A stretch of 64,000 nt of DNA, taken from the NCBI RefSeq assembly GCF_009914755.1, contig NC_060930.1. One strand, 5' to 3'. Below the pieces are notes generated by a model, which saw only the letters and a program-made list of their open reading frames with translations, was not told where the DNA came from and made no database searches. The translations under genes were made by a program, and so were the position numbers. Source of the DNA: the human T2T-CHM13v2.0 reference genome, Homo sapiens. Shown here piece by piece: positions 42,584 to 59,802 of this stretch (the first letter of the stretch is position 1; every line of letters starts with the position of its first letter).

Positions 42584-44422
42584 AAGACAGGTTAATGCCA
42601 GCAAAACATGGTTTTCTAATACCTAGAGCATTGTGCCCTAGTGCATTATAGCTCATAGATTTACAGAACATCAAGAGAAAATAAAAGATAATCTAGACCA
42701 ATCCTTGCATTTACTAATGTAAGATAAAAAACTTTTAAGGAGTTTCAGTGACTTGTCCAAGGTTGTTCATTTTAATAATAGCAAAAACAAAAGTGCTATG
42801 CTATCTCTGCAATTTCAGGGATTTGTGGCCTTAGGAAAAAATGGCATTTAATATCTTTAACTCTCAGTTCTTTTGTTATAAGTCAAAGATCACAATGTCT
42901 GCACTACATAACTTAAAGGCTTATGAAAAGCATGAGGCAATGTGCATCAGGGTGCTTTGAAAATTGCAATGAAATCTTGTGGTAGACCAAGATCTGGAGA
43001 AGTATTGCTTTCTGTGAAAATGTTGAGGTTTAGTATTTCAGAAGAGTTACATCTAAAATATGGCCTGTATCCCCTCACATGTATGTTTCATGAATAGTTC
43101 TATATCAGGACATAAATTAGGTTCTGTTAGAAGAATAGGGAATGAGATAATGAGAGGTCTAGGAAGTACAGTCTAAAAAATAACGTTAGAGATCTGTTTT
43201 TGATTATTCATTCTTCAAAGACTTTACAACATTCCACTAGAATAGTCAACTAATGGGCTACTCTAGTTAATTGTGTTTTGTTTAACAAAAAGTTAGTTCA
43301 ACATAATTCAACATTTTCTTGACAGTTATGAATCTTGGAGAGTATGATACTTGTAAATGTCAGTTCTTGTTGGAGATTAGCTGAACTAAAGAGACTGTGT
43401 TAATTCTATGTGACCATGAGCTTCCTTTTTAAAAATAAGCCATATGGTTTTTGAATTATTATTTTTATGTTTCTCCAAAAGTATCATACTGAGTGTTCTA
43501 AGTCATTTGGATTCTGGTTAAGGTTTTTAGTTGAGAAATTTACTCTATTCATGACTCGCTATTAATTTTACTGCTTATATCTAAATAATAGATATTATTA
43601 TTTATCCCAACAATTTACCCCTCAATATTTGAAATTAAATAGTTAACCAATATGCTCAATATCTTATATACTTTTCTTTTAAAATGTTTTTCTTAAAAAA
43701 AATCAAAACCAAAACCTGAAGTGAATAGAAAAAATGAATAATGTACAATGCAGTGTTAATGTCAACAGTAATTATAGAGTGGTGGATTATAGATGCCTTT
43801 TTTTTTTTTTGCTAATCCAGATTATCTAAATTTCCATGGTACTATGTACATCTTTTTTAGTAAGATAAAAATATATTATTTTTATTTAAAAATTAAAACA
43901 TATGGTTGGAGATAAAGATAAGAAGGAGGAAAAAAATGTGTCCAATGTGTAATCTACCCTAGTAGTAATAGCCACATAACAGTAGCTTATCTACAGAGCT
44001 ATATGTAGACACCATTTGTGTCTGGCTTGTGACACTTATGACAGAGCACAGAAAAGGTAGTAATAATAACAGGTGGTTGTGGTAGTGGGGTGGTCATATT
44101 AGTGATAAACATGTCCTGAGTGCTTGCTGTAGGCACCAAGCTACACACTTGACTTATATTATCTCATTAAACCTCAAAGCAACCGTCTGGTATAGGTATC
44201 ATTTCCTCTGTTTTATAGATGAGGTGATAACTTTTCTAAGGTCAGAAACTGGTGCCTGAACTAAAATGAAAACCTCACTGGTTTCAAAGCCACTAATTTA
44301 AGGATCAACTTATGCTATCCCCAGAATAATAATAATAGACATTGTGGGGGGTGGGAGGGGGGCGGTTAGCCCTTCCTGTATGTAGAAATTGTGCTAGATA
44401 CTTAAGAAAATTACTGCATTTA

Positions 44423-44720
44423 GGTCCGGGTGTGGTGGCTCATACTTGTAATCCCAGCCAGCACGTTGGGAGGCCAAGGCGGGCAGATCACCTGAGGTCA
44501 GGAGTTTGAGACCAGCCTGACCAACATGGGGAAACCCTGTCTCTACTAAAAAAATACAAAAATTAGCCAGGCATGGTGGTGGGTGCCTGTAATCCCAGAT
44601 ATTCAGGAGGCTGAAGCAGGACAATTGCTTCAACCTGGGAGGCAGAGGTTGCTGTGAGCCGAGATCGTGCCACTGCACTCCAGCCGGGGCAACACAGCAA
44701 GACTCCATCTAAAAAAAAAA
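44423..44720 (+). mobile_element. AluS (Sx/Sp-like)
   Basis: Full dimer; TSD AAGA(A/C)AATTACTGCATTTA at 44404-44422 and 44721-44739. Confidence 0.93.
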
Positions 44721-45184
44721 AAGACAATTACTGCATTTAAACATTACAAACCTCCCTATGGAAGATCTATTACTTTAGTTCAGGAACTGAGGTTCAAAGA
44801 AGATGGAAAAACTGCTTATGGTTCGTAAGGCTGAGGTCTATCTTACTCTAAACTCTAGTGCCTTAATGAGTATGCTTGGAAGATTATTAAAATAGACAAA
44901 GTAAAAAGATTTCCATGCTTTGCTAATGGGATTGGTTTTAGAAAGTAAAGATTAAATTGGGAATAACTGTACTACTATTGAAAAGGTGATTCCAGAAAAG
45001 TCTAACCCCTTCTGTATTGGAAACACAACTGTCACATTATTAAGGAAACACATCTGTGTTTAATGCAATGTGGAATGAGTAGAATCTGGAAATGAAAATT
45101 GAAAGAGTGGATTACATAGAACTTTAACAAAGTTCTTTACAAGGAGAATTTAAAATATGTACTATGCATTCTTATCAACTATCC

Positions 45185-45367
45185 ATTTTAATATTGCTAG
45201 GAGAATAGTACTCTATTAGAATATTCTAATCTTCTTATCACAAAAATGTTAAGTATTTGAGGCCATGATATGCGAGTTTAATCATTCCACATTGAATTTA
45301 AAAACCATAACATCACTTTATACCTCATAAATATATACAAGAGTAATCTGTCAATACATTAAAAAAA
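45185..45367 (+). mobile_element. L1MA 3' end fragment
   Basis: 'aatcattccacattg...aacatcactttatacctcataaatatataca...tgtcaat' followed by an A-run. Confidence 0.6.
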
Positions 45368-46126
45368 TTGCTGGTTTTCTCCTAATAAAATTTTCTTCTT
45401 CTGGTATCTTGCCCTGGAAATCAGTTCGACAATTTCCAGAATGCTCTATCAAAAACTATTTCCTACTTACATCCTTTCTCTGGCAAGAATTTTATCCTGT
45501 CTCTTTAGTGACAGGGTAAAATTCAAGTTCCTTTGCACAGTGAACAAGCTCTAATGAACCGGCCCGTCTGCCTTTTCAGCCTCATCTCCCACAGTGTACA
45601 CTTAAGTACATTATTGTCTTTCTTATATCTTTGCTGTAGTTGACACTGCTGCTCTACCTGGAATGCCATTCCTGAACCTACCCTTCCTTCTCTTTTCTGA
45701 CTCCTTCCCTTCCTTCAGACTAAACTCAGGTGCCTATCTAATCTCAGAATCTGGTATCCCAGTCCTACGTTCTCATAAAGCCCTACCTATGCCATTGTAT
45801 ACATAGAAGGTTGCCTGAATTTATCAGGAAGGACAGGCTTCATGAAATTAGTATTGTTAACAGTTTGATGAATTGAGAAATGAAGAAGGAAAATAGAGTA
45901 ATGAAAACCACCTATTTAGTGACGTGGGTCATGACCATGTTGCATGATTTTGGAAACACCCTGTCATCTCCAGCTATAAGGCTAGGTTCCCAGCATTGGT
46001 CCTCTCAGGGCTACAGAGTGTAAATTGCAAGAGCGTGGCTAAGGCCCGGCATCCAGACCCAGCTCATCACTCACAGCTACACAGATTTTGGCAAACAGCT
46101 TTGAGGCTGTTATTTTTTAAATATCA

Positions 46127-46207
46127 TCTCATCTTATCCACCTACCTAAGCACTCTCATCTTATCCACCTACCTAAGCACTCTCATCTTATCCACCTACC
46201 TATACAC
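46127..46207. repeat. 27-bp minisatellite, 3 copies
   Basis: Unit TCTCATCTTATCCACCTACCTAAGCAC at 46127, 46154 and 46181; the third copy has 2 mismatches. Confidence 0.95.
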
Positions 46208-48265
46208 TGAGCAAGGCACACCTCTTTACATTTTGTGCCCACTTGAGATTTCAGTTCCATATTTTGAGTACTTTTTGTATTATATGTTAATAATTATTTG
46301 GACTAAACTCTGCATTATGCTAATCTCCTTACCACAATTTTGATTTGATTGGTTGGCTTTATACATTAATATCAGTTTGTATGTCTGTGTGTATTCCATT
46401 TTTATAGCCGCAAATTTTTCTTTCTAGAATCCATTATTTTTCTATTTTCTGGAGTACATCTCCCAGCAGTTTTTTTTAGAGAGGGTTTAGAATGAAGTTT
46501 TACATTGTGTTGGCAACTTTGAACTAATGTATATTTCACACAGCCTGGATAGTTGTATTTCAGTCATATCCAGGACCAAATTTCTCATTTTGGTAATTAC
46601 TGATTACTTAAAAGATCTAGAGAGGAGAATGTTTTAAAAATATGGATCTAATTTAATTTTGTTTGCTATTAAGCAAATAATTGAAGCAGTGGGAAGGTTT
46701 TACTGATGAATTCACTGGGGAAAGAGCATTGTTCAAAGGAGTGGGACATTGGCTTCATCACAAAGAATGATTTCTGTTGCTTTGATAAAAATTTTCCATT
46801 CACACAGCCAATAATTTAAAGCTATTTCTGATTATCCCCTGTGATAACTAGAATGCTCCAGTGCCACAATTTGTCACCTGTTGTCCCCCACCCCATTAAA
46901 GCAAAGCCACAAGTATATGAATTGTGTTGGAATACTCTCCTACTCATGAGTTACCTAATTGTATCTGTCCATCTGGCCCCTCTGACCTTGTCACTTTAAA
47001 TCACTGGGGCCACTTTGACCACATTATCCATGCCAGCTGCAAATTTTGTTAGGCTGAGTTGCATGAATTCCTTTAACAGAGTGTAGAATCAGAATTTTTC
47101 TCTCCATAAAACAATGTTGCTACATGAAGTTACCTCCCACAGTAACTTTGAAATCCAACAGTTGGTGAATACATTTGTTTCTTTTTGAAATGCAGAATTT
47201 CTTCTATTGAAGCCATGTTTTTAACCGTATGTATTGAGGGAATACTGTGCATAGTGATGTTCAAGTCACTTCTGATCAGATGTACTCTGCATCACAGTTC
47301 ATTCTAAGTACATAAGAAACATCAGCTTTTGTATGGGTGTGTACTTTTTAGTAATTTGTGTGATAAACTGATGACATATTTTTGTGTTTATAATGCCTAA
47401 AACTATAAAAGGAATCATATTCAGGTATAAGTTTTATCTGTCATATCTACAATGAATGAAGTCTTCCATCTAAAATTACACAATAGTTTCAGTTATCTAA
47501 CAGAGAGTAATTTGTTTAGGAATCTTTATTATATTGGCTGTAAAGAAGTACCCTTGAAGAAAGAAATAATTTGACTTTGTTTTCCATTGCTATGTTGTTT
47601 GTGAACAAAAGAGTTGGACTTTTATTTTTATTTTACCATCATGGCATATTAAGTATGTCACCTAATAGATGTACCTAGTCTAGTTAATGCATTAATGCTC
47701 AAAGGCATATACAACTGATCAGAACATTTTAAATAAATAATAATATTATTCAAAAAATAATTGCAATGCCAAAAAGGATTATGCATTAAATTATTTGAGT
47801 TATTTTGTTAAATAAGATTTAACTTACATGGTACAATACATTATCTATGCATATAGCAATTGGAGTTTTTTTTCTTTTTCATTTAATTATAATTCATGAT
47901 CCTGCTATATCAGATTTCCATAAATATTTGTTGGCTAATAATGGTGTCCAAAAAGATCATGTGCCTTTTAATAAAATTTAAGGTGGCCTTTCAAGGACTG
48001 CAGTTAGGAAGGCGTGTTTACTGAATATTAGAATATTTTTAAAAGCCTGATTTAGACCTTTCACCAGCTAGTAGGATTTGTTGGAATAGTTATTTCCTTT
48101 AAATTCTCTTCTGTATATTTCCATCACACATTATTTTAATGAGTTTCTATACAGTTTAAGCAGGATATACTACAATTTTTTTTTTTGTAATTCCCTTTAA
48201 TCTGGCATTCTAAATCTTAGGCACCTTTAATGGAAAAAAAATAATTTTGTAAGGAAAGGATTCTT

Positions 48266-49057
48266 TAGTTTCTTCTAAAAAAAAAAAAAACAGGACACAT
48301 GTGTAAAACGTGCAGGTTTGTTACATAGGTATACGTGTGCCATGGTGGTTTGCTGCACCTAGTGACCTCTCCTCTAAGTTCCTTCCCATCACTCCCCACC
48401 CTGCAACAGGCCCTGATGTGTGTTGTTCCCCTGTCTGTGACCATGTGTCCTTATTGTTCAAGTCCCACTTAGAGAACATGCGGTGTTTGGTTTTCTGTTT
48501 CTGTGTTAGTTTGCTGAGGATGATGGCTTCCAGCTTCATCCACGTTCCTGCAAAGGACATGATCTCATCCCTTTTTATGGCTGCATAGTATTCCATACTG
48601 TATATGTACCACATTTTGTTTACCCAGTCTATCATTGATGTACATTTGGGTTGGTTCTATATCTTTGCTATTGTAAATAGTGCTGTAATAAACATACGTG
48701 TGCATGTGTCTTTAGAGTAGAATGATTTATATCCCTTTGAGTAAATACTCAGTAACAGATTGCTGGGTCAAATGGTATTTCTGGTTCTAGATCCTTGAGG
48801 AATCGCCATACTGTCTACTATGATGGTTGAACTAATTTACATTCCCACCAACAGTGTAAAAGCATTCCTATTTCTCCACAGCCTCGCCAATATCTATTGT
48901 TTCCTGACTTTTTAATAATCGCCATTCTGAGTGTCATGAGATGGTATCTCATTGTGGTTTTCATTTGCATTTCTCTGATGAGCAGTGATGTTGAGCTTTT
49001 TTTCATATGTTTTTTGGCCGCATAAATGTCTCCTTTTGAGAAGTGTCTGTTCATATC
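48266..49057 (-). mobile_element. L1PA8-like, 5'-truncated
   Basis: Terminus reads '...TTTTTTTTTTAGAAGAAA' on the element strand (L1PA8-type); TSD GAAAGGATTCTT at 48254-48265 and 49059-49070. Confidence 0.9.
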
Positions 49058-50589
49058 AGAAAGGATTCTTATTGGGGCTACTCGTGCATATTAAATCATG
49101 GAAAAAGAATCTCTTGATGTTTGCTTACTGATCTCACGTACTCACAAATGCATTTGAAATGCAATATTTGGTGATTCCCACACTTTCATTTTAGAGATGA
49201 AGCTCTGTCCACCTGGGCACCAGTAGCAGAGTACTTCTGATCCACAGTGATCATTACATCATAAATCTGCCATTGATCAAAAGCCAGATGCAAATCTTAT
49301 AATTATTCTGAACTGATTTTATTAGCTTTTATTCCATTTGATCTCAGGATATTATTAAATTCATGTGCTTCTAAGAATTATAAATTATTACAGAATAACC
49401 AAATCTTACAGCTTACGATTTCCAAAATTCATTTCACATCGCTTATTTGCTTCTTAGAATAATGCTGCAAAATCATGATGGGCATTGAGCATTCTCATTT
49501 TGCAGATGACTAGACTGAGACTCAGTATCCCTTATTAATTAGCAGCAGAATGTGGATTTTTCTAGCCTTGTTCCACTTCTCTCTCTACTGTAATATATGA
49601 TTTTCTAAAAGTGATTGTGAAAAATCTGTGAAATAAAATTTGAACGATGTCAGAAGAGGGGAGTTGATAGCAGCTGCTAGGTGCACCTAAATCTGTTACT
49701 TAACTTGTTTATGATTCCAGTGGAAAGTGGAGCCATAATGTAGTCTAGAAAGATTCATTAAGCATTCTGGTCAGTGTACTTTAATAGAAAACCTATTCAC
49801 ACTCAGATAAGTGTTAACAGGGATAAGAAAGATGGACTGAAATGCTATAAAATGATTTTATTTCATTAAGAAACATCTTTTTATTATTAATAAACTACAT
49901 TTCTTATTCCAAGCTCACACTTTCTGATAGTGCCTTTATGACATTTCAAAGTATTTTATATCAAACCACTGATAAAATGAGAGTTTTTACTTTGTATTTA
50001 TGTCTCCCTAGCCATATTAAGAGCAAAATGGATATATAGACATATATATTATGTATATATAGTACATGTATATTGAATATCAGTGTCTCCAAAATACAAC
50101 TCAAAGCTCTCCACTTTTCACGGTCTCCTCTGTAACCACCATAACTAATGCCACCATCTATCGCTTGAATCACTGAAATTGCCTCTCCAAAATGATCTCA
50201 TATCTCTCTCCCTCTTCATATGAACATTTTATCTCTTCTTCTATTTCTTGAACGTGTTCCTCCCATTTCTGGCTCAGAGTATTTCACTTGTTGTTCTTTG
50301 TCCTTGAAATGCAGCTTTCTCATACCATGTTCAGCCACTTCTTGTCTCTCAGAGCATCATTAATCTAATAACAGTATCACCTTCTCAGAGAGGATTATCT
50401 TGGCAGTGTCTGAGGTAGAATTTCTCCCAACCCCATCACCCTCATAGAAGTTATCTGAATTGATCCTTCCCATCCAATAATGGTCACTTCATTGTCTGCC
50501 TCTCTTCACTGTAGCACAATCTCCATTTGTATGTCTTGTTCCACAGTGCCCTTTTGATTGGTTGGAGAGGCTTAGATTGGAAGGGAATT

Positions 50590-50675
50590 ATAGGTTGGTA
50601 CAAAAGTACTGGTGATCTTGTGATTTTTGCCATTGCTTTAATTGCAAAACCACAATTACTTTTGCACCAACCTAA
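50590..50675. mobile_element. MADE1 (Hsmar1-derived palindromic MITE)
   Basis: 'taggttggtacaaaagta...tttttgccattgctttaattgcaaaaccacaattacttttgcaccaacctaa'; ~9-bp insertion in the left arm. Confidence 0.9.
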
Positions 50676-51024
50676 TATCTATCTCTAAAAGCTTGATAAA
50701 GTTTGTCTATAAAATTGTCTAGGCCTGGTTCTTTCATTGAAAGGCTTTGTTTTTGTTTTGTTTTTAGACAACAGCTTCCACTTTTTTAATTTTGGTTTTT
50801 GGATTCTTAAACTATTTTTGTCAACATAGATGAACTATTTATGTCAACATAGATTAAATGCCTGGAAAAATCAGGCATTTAATAAGATTTAAACTTCCAT
50901 GCCACAGAAATTTTTATTCTTTTATAAATTTTAATATTTTTCCTGTCTTTTTTTACATGTGCTTTCTCATTCTAAATGTTGCAAGTGCATTCTCTGAAAG
51001 GCCACATGTATATTCATACAAGTT

Positions 51025-51232
51025 TGAGTTCTGGAGTTAAGCAAATATGAGTTCAAAATCTGCTTCAGGCACAGAGTACTTGGATGAACTTAAGCAAGTT
51101 AAATTACTCTAAGACTCAGTTTTATCATTTGTGAAATTATTGTGAGGATTAATGATGTAGTACATATGAAGTGCTTAGTCCAGTATCTGACACACAGTAA
51201 ATACTTCATGATAGTTCTTGTATTGTTGTTAT
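51025..51232 (+). mobile_element. MIR
   Basis: 'gcaagttaaattactctaagactcagtttt...ttgtgaggattaatga...gtgcttagtccagtatctgacacacagtaaatac'. Confidence 0.75.
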
Positions 51233-51725
51233 TCTTACTGGTAGACATAATATTTCTGATGATCTTTTTTTATAATTAGACCATATGGTTGTTTGTTATT
51301 ATTATCATGCATACTTCAAACATGTCTAGATGAAACATCTTTTAACCAAACACATTTTGGGAAACATCATTCTAGGACATGTTTTGTAGCCAGTGAGTAT
51401 CAAAAGCCTTGGTAGATCCACAGCAAAGAATTAAAAAAAAAAAAAATGGAGGGTGGAGCCAAGATGGCCGAATAGGAACAGCTCCAGTCTACAGCTCCCA
51501 ACGTGAGTGACGAAGAAGACAGGTGATTTCTGCATTTCCAACTGAGGTACCAGGCTCATCTCACTGGAGAGTGTCAGAAAGCGGGTGCAGGGTGCAGGAC
51601 AGTGGGTGCAGCGCACTGAGCATGAGCCGAAGCAGGGCAAGGCATTGCCTCACCTGGGAAGTGCAAGGGGTCAGGGAATTCCCTTTCCTAGTCAAAGAAA
51701 TGAGTGACAGACAACACCTGGAAAA

Positions 51726-51908
51726 TCAGGTCACTCCCACACTAATACTGTGCTTTTCCAACGGTCTTAGCAAACGGCACAACAGGAGATTATATCCCAC
51801 GCATGGCTCAGAGGGTCCTATGCCCACGGAGCCTTGCTCTTTGCTAGCACAGCAGTCTGAGATCAAACTGCAAGGTGGCAGCGATGCTGGGGGAGGGGCA
51901 CCTGCCAT
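51726..51908 (-). pseudogene. L1 ORF0, truncated to 60 aa
   Basis: MAGAPPPASLPPCSLISDCCAS...VGVT then stop; matches the primate L1 antisense ORF0 N-terminus. Confidence 0.8.
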
Positions 51909-52493
51909 TGCACCGAGGCTTGAGTAGGTAAACAAAGCAGCCCAGAGCTCTAACTGGGGGGAGCCCACCATAACTCAAGGAGGCCTGCCTGCCTCTGTAG
52001 ACTCCACCTCTGGGGGCAGGGCATAGCCAAACAAAAGGCAGCAGAAACCTCTGCAGACTTAAATGTCCCTGTCTGACAGGTTTGAAGAGAGTAGTGGTTC
52101 TCCCAGCACGCAGCTGGGGATCTGAGAACGGACAGACGGCCTCCTCAAGTGGGTCCCTGACCCCCAAGTAGCCTAACTGGGAGGCATCCCCCAGTAGGGG
52201 CAGACTGACACGTCACATGGCTGGGTACTCCTCTGAGACAAAACTTCCAGAGGAACAAAAAGGCAGCAACATTGGCTGTTCACCAATATCTGCTGTTCTG
52301 CAGCCTCCACTGCTGATACCCAGGCAAACAGGGTCTGGAGTGGACCTCCAGCAAACTCCAACAGACCTGCAGCTGAAGGTCTTGACTGTTAGAAGGAAAA
52401 CTAACAAACAGAAAGGACATCCACACCAAAACCCCATCTGTACATCACCATCATCAAACACCACAGGTAGATCAGGTAGATAAAACCACAAAG

Positions 52494-53507
52494 ATGGGGA
52501 AAAAACAGAGCAGAAAAACTGGAAACTCTAAAAATCAGAGCACCTCTCCTCCTCCAAAGCAACGCAGCTCCTCACCAGCAATGGAACAAAGCTGGATAGA
52601 GAATGACTTTGATGAGTTTAGAGAAGAAGGCTTCAGATGATGAAACAACTCTGAGCTAAAGGAGGAAGTTCGAACCCATGGCAAGGAAGTTAAAAACCTT
52701 GAAAAAAAATTAGACGAATGGCTAACTAGAATAACCAATGCAGAGAAGTCCTTAAAGGACCTGATGGAGCTGAAAACCAAGGCACGGGAACTACGTGACA
52801 AATGCACAAGCCTCAGTAGCCAACTCGATCAACTGGAAGAAAGGGTATCAGTGATGGAAGATCAAATGAATGAAATGAAGCGAGAAGAAAAGTTTAGAGA
52901 AAAAAGAAAAAAAGAAATGAACAAAGCCTCCAAGAAATATGGGACTATGTGAAAAGACCAAATCTACGTCTGATTGGTACCTGAAAGTGACGGAGAGAAT
53001 GGAACCAAGTTGGAAAACACTCTGCAGGATATAATCCAGGAGAACTTCCCCAATCTAGCAAGGCAGGCCAACATTCAAATTCAGGAAACACAGAGAATGC
53101 CACAAAGATACTCCTCGAGAAGAGCAACTCCAAGACACATAATTGTCAGATTCACCAAAGTTGAAATGAAGGCAAAAATGTTAAGGGCAGCCAGAGAGAA
53201 AGGTTGGGTTACCCACGAAGAGAAGACCATCAGACTAACAGCTGATCTCTTGGCAGAAACTCTACAAGCCAAAAGAGAGTGGGGGCCAATATTCAACATT
53301 CTTAAAGAAAAGAATTTTGAACCCAGAATTTCATATCCAGCCAAACTAAGCTTCATAAGTGAAGGAGAAATAAAATCCTTTACAGACAAGCAAATGCTGA
53401 GAGATTTTGTCACCACCAGGCCTGCCCTAAAAGAGCTCCTGAAGGAAGCACTAAACATGGAAAGGAACAATCGGTACCAGCCACTGCAAAAACATGCCAA
53501 ATTGTAA
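52494..53507 (+). pseudogene. L1 ORF1p, disrupted
   Basis: ATGGGGAAAAAACAG start; in-frame TGA at 52638-52640; later frameshifts; C-terminus ...YQPLQKHAKL. Confidence 0.93.
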
Positions 53508-53570
53508 AGACCATCGAGGCTAGGAAGTAACTGCATCAACTAACAAGCAAAATAACCAGCTAACGTCATA

Positions 53571-57381
<3,811 letters not shown>

Positions 57382-57865
57382 ACAATGAGAACACATGGAC
57401 ACAGGAAGGGGAACATCACACTCTGGGGACTGTTGTGGGGTGAGGGGTGGGAGGAGGGATAGCATTAGGAGATTTACCTAATTTTAAATGACGAATTAAT
57501 GGGTGCAGCACACCAACATGACACATGTATACATATGTAACTAACCTGCACATTGTACACATGTACCCTTAAAGCATAATAATAAAAAAAAATTAAAAAA
57601 AATTAAAAGCAAAAAAAAATGCCAACAGCAAGAAAGATAAGGAATTGATGATTAGAGGTAGCATTATTCTGGTTGCAAATCTTATACTGATTTTATCAGT
57701 TTCACTCAATGAAAAATTATGCAAGTAAATATGGTAGTTTTAATGTCTCAAATTATTTAATAAAATCTAAGATACAGAACATTTGTTAGTTTGACTGCAG
57801 AGCTTCTGTGAACAGATCAACAGTATCAATATTTAATGAAAGGAAAAAACTTCCATGTAAAAAAT

Positions 57866-57870
<5 letters not shown>

Positions 57871-57914
<44 letters not shown>
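57871..57914. repeat. (AT)22 microsatellite
   Basis: 44 bp of perfect AT repeat. Confidence 0.96.
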
Positions 57915-57917
<3 letters not shown>

Positions 57918-58669
57918 GATTTCAAGTAAAATCTCTTAGAGAAGTGTCTAGAGCACTCTGCAATAAACTCCCCTCTTGATTCTCCCTTTTTCCAGATAAC
58001 TCTTTTATAAATCTGTGTTTTTAGAGTAGAAGAAGTCTAGATGTTGAAAGTGATCAAAAATAAAGGAAGGTAAGAAGCCATATCTAAACTTATTTTCCTC
58101 AGAGTTTAAAAAGAAAGAGAAAGCTATTAAGCAACACTCTCCCAAGAATGAACCTAGGATACATAATCTAATCTACCTATAGAGTAGGTATTAATTCACC
58201 TTTACTCGTGATCCTGTGATCATCCCTGAGGTCCCAACCAGCAGTGCCCAAGTGCAGCACAGCCTGGTCACTGAAGTAGAAAAGAAGAGATTGGTAACTA
58301 GAAGAACAGCACCCATGGTTCATACGGCACTCCTTGTTTGAGATCTGCTCCTTTGTCTTTCATCTGGATCCATCTCTTACTTGGCCGAGCTGGATGCCTA
58401 ATGCAGAAGGAGTCCTCAGAAAAGTTACTCACTCATTCAGTATTTATATACTGAACATCAGCTCTGTGCCAGAGACTGATTTAGGTGATGGGAATATTGC
58501 AGTAAGCAAAGCAAAGTGCTTCCTGGGCCTTACATTCCAGGGGAGGGAGCCAGAGAAAAAGCAAATACATATAAATTATGTCAAATAATAAGTGCTACAA
58601 AGGAAACTAAGTTACAGTAGGGAGAGGGAATGTTATGAAGCTGTGTCATTAGATAGAATAATCAGTTAT

Positions 58670-59078
58670 GACATTTGGATTAACCTGTGTTCTCACATAT
58701 TCATATGTCGAAGCCCTAATCCCCAATACTATAGAATGTGATCATATTTAGAAACAAAGCCTTTGAAGAACAGATTAAGTTAAAATGGATCCTTTAGGAT
58801 GTGCCCTAATCCAATCTTTCTGATGTCCTTATTAGACGGGGAAATTTGTACACAGAAAGAAACACTAAGGGTGCATGTACAGAGAGGGAAAGCCACGTGA
58901 AGGGGCAACAGAAGGGCCGTCATCTGCAAGTCAAGGAGAGAGGGCTCAGAGGAAATAAACCCTGCCAGCATCTTGGTCTTGGGCTTCCAGTCTCTAGAAC
59001 TGTGAGAAAATAAGTATCTGTTGTTTAAGCTACCCAGGTTGTGATATTTTGCTATAGTGGTCCTAGCAAATGAACACA
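58670..59078 (+). mobile_element. MLT1B-type MaLR LTR, apparently inside an L2 relic
   Basis: 'attcatatgtcgaagccctaatcccc...catctgcaagtcaaggagagaggg...ccagtctctagaactgtgagaaaataa...ctagcaaatgaacaca'. Confidence 0.82.
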
Positions 59079-59471
59079 GTTAGGATGGACCTCTCTGTTG
59101 GGGTGGCAGAGTTGACATTTGAACACTAGCCAAGATGAAGTAAAGGAGTGGATTGTGAATATTTGATGAAGAGAATATCAGGAAGAAGGGGAAGCAAGTG
59201 CAGAAGTCTTGAGAATGTTTCATGCTTGGGATAAATATTTGGTGAATACGAGAGTGGCTGATTGGATGGGTAAAAGTGGGTACTCAATACTTACCTGTTT
59301 AATTGGGAAGTATAGAGATGTACTGAGTGCCTATCAGCTCCCCACAACTCCTGGACATTCCCTCTTGTCAGAGCTCTGGCTGGACACAGACATGTCACTG
59401 TCTTATAGGGAGGCTTCTCGGGGCTATCTTATCACCCACTAAAGAGAGGAAAGGGGGCAAGTACTACAATA

Positions 59472-59802
59472 CAGGTGGTCCCCAACTTGCAACAATTCAG
59501 CTTATGATTTTTCAAATTTAAGATAGTATGAAAGTGATACCCATGCAATAGAAAATGTACTTTGAATTTTGATCTTTTCCCAGGCTAGTGCTGTTTTAGA
59601 ATACTCTCTCACCATGATGCTGAGCATGGACAGTGAACCACAGCTCCCAATCACACAGTCACCAGGGTAAAAAACAGATATGCCAAAGTGGACTCTGTTG
59701 CCAGATATTTTACTAAACTGTAGGCTAATGTAAGTGATCTGAGCACATTTAAGGTAGGCTAAGCTATGGCATTTTGCAGGTTAGGTAGACTAAATGCATT
59801 TC
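59472..59802 (-). mobile_element. MER47-family (Tigger) element, truncated
   Basis: 'aactgtaggctaatgtaagtgatctgagcacatttaaggtaggctaagctat...ggttagg...taaatgcattt'; TA then CAG terminus at left. Confidence 0.75.

Noticed and set aside
44346-44365. G-rich run with G-quadruplex potential
   Set aside because: Short, isolated and with no promoter or CpG context; function cannot be supported from sequence.
45996-46343. 115-aa ORF with LILSTYLST repeats; also considered as a CRISPR-like array
   Set aside because: The peptide repeat comes from the 27-bp minisatellite. The copies abut with no spacers, and the ORF has no ATG start or splice support.
46500-47500. Apparently unique non-repeat stretch as a possible enhancer or extra exon
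   Set aside because: No open reading frame with convincing splice sites, and conservation cannot be assessed without alignments.
53081-53539. 152-aa antisense ORF over L1 ORF1
   Set aside because: Common antisense open frame of L1 sequence; no independent evidence of function.
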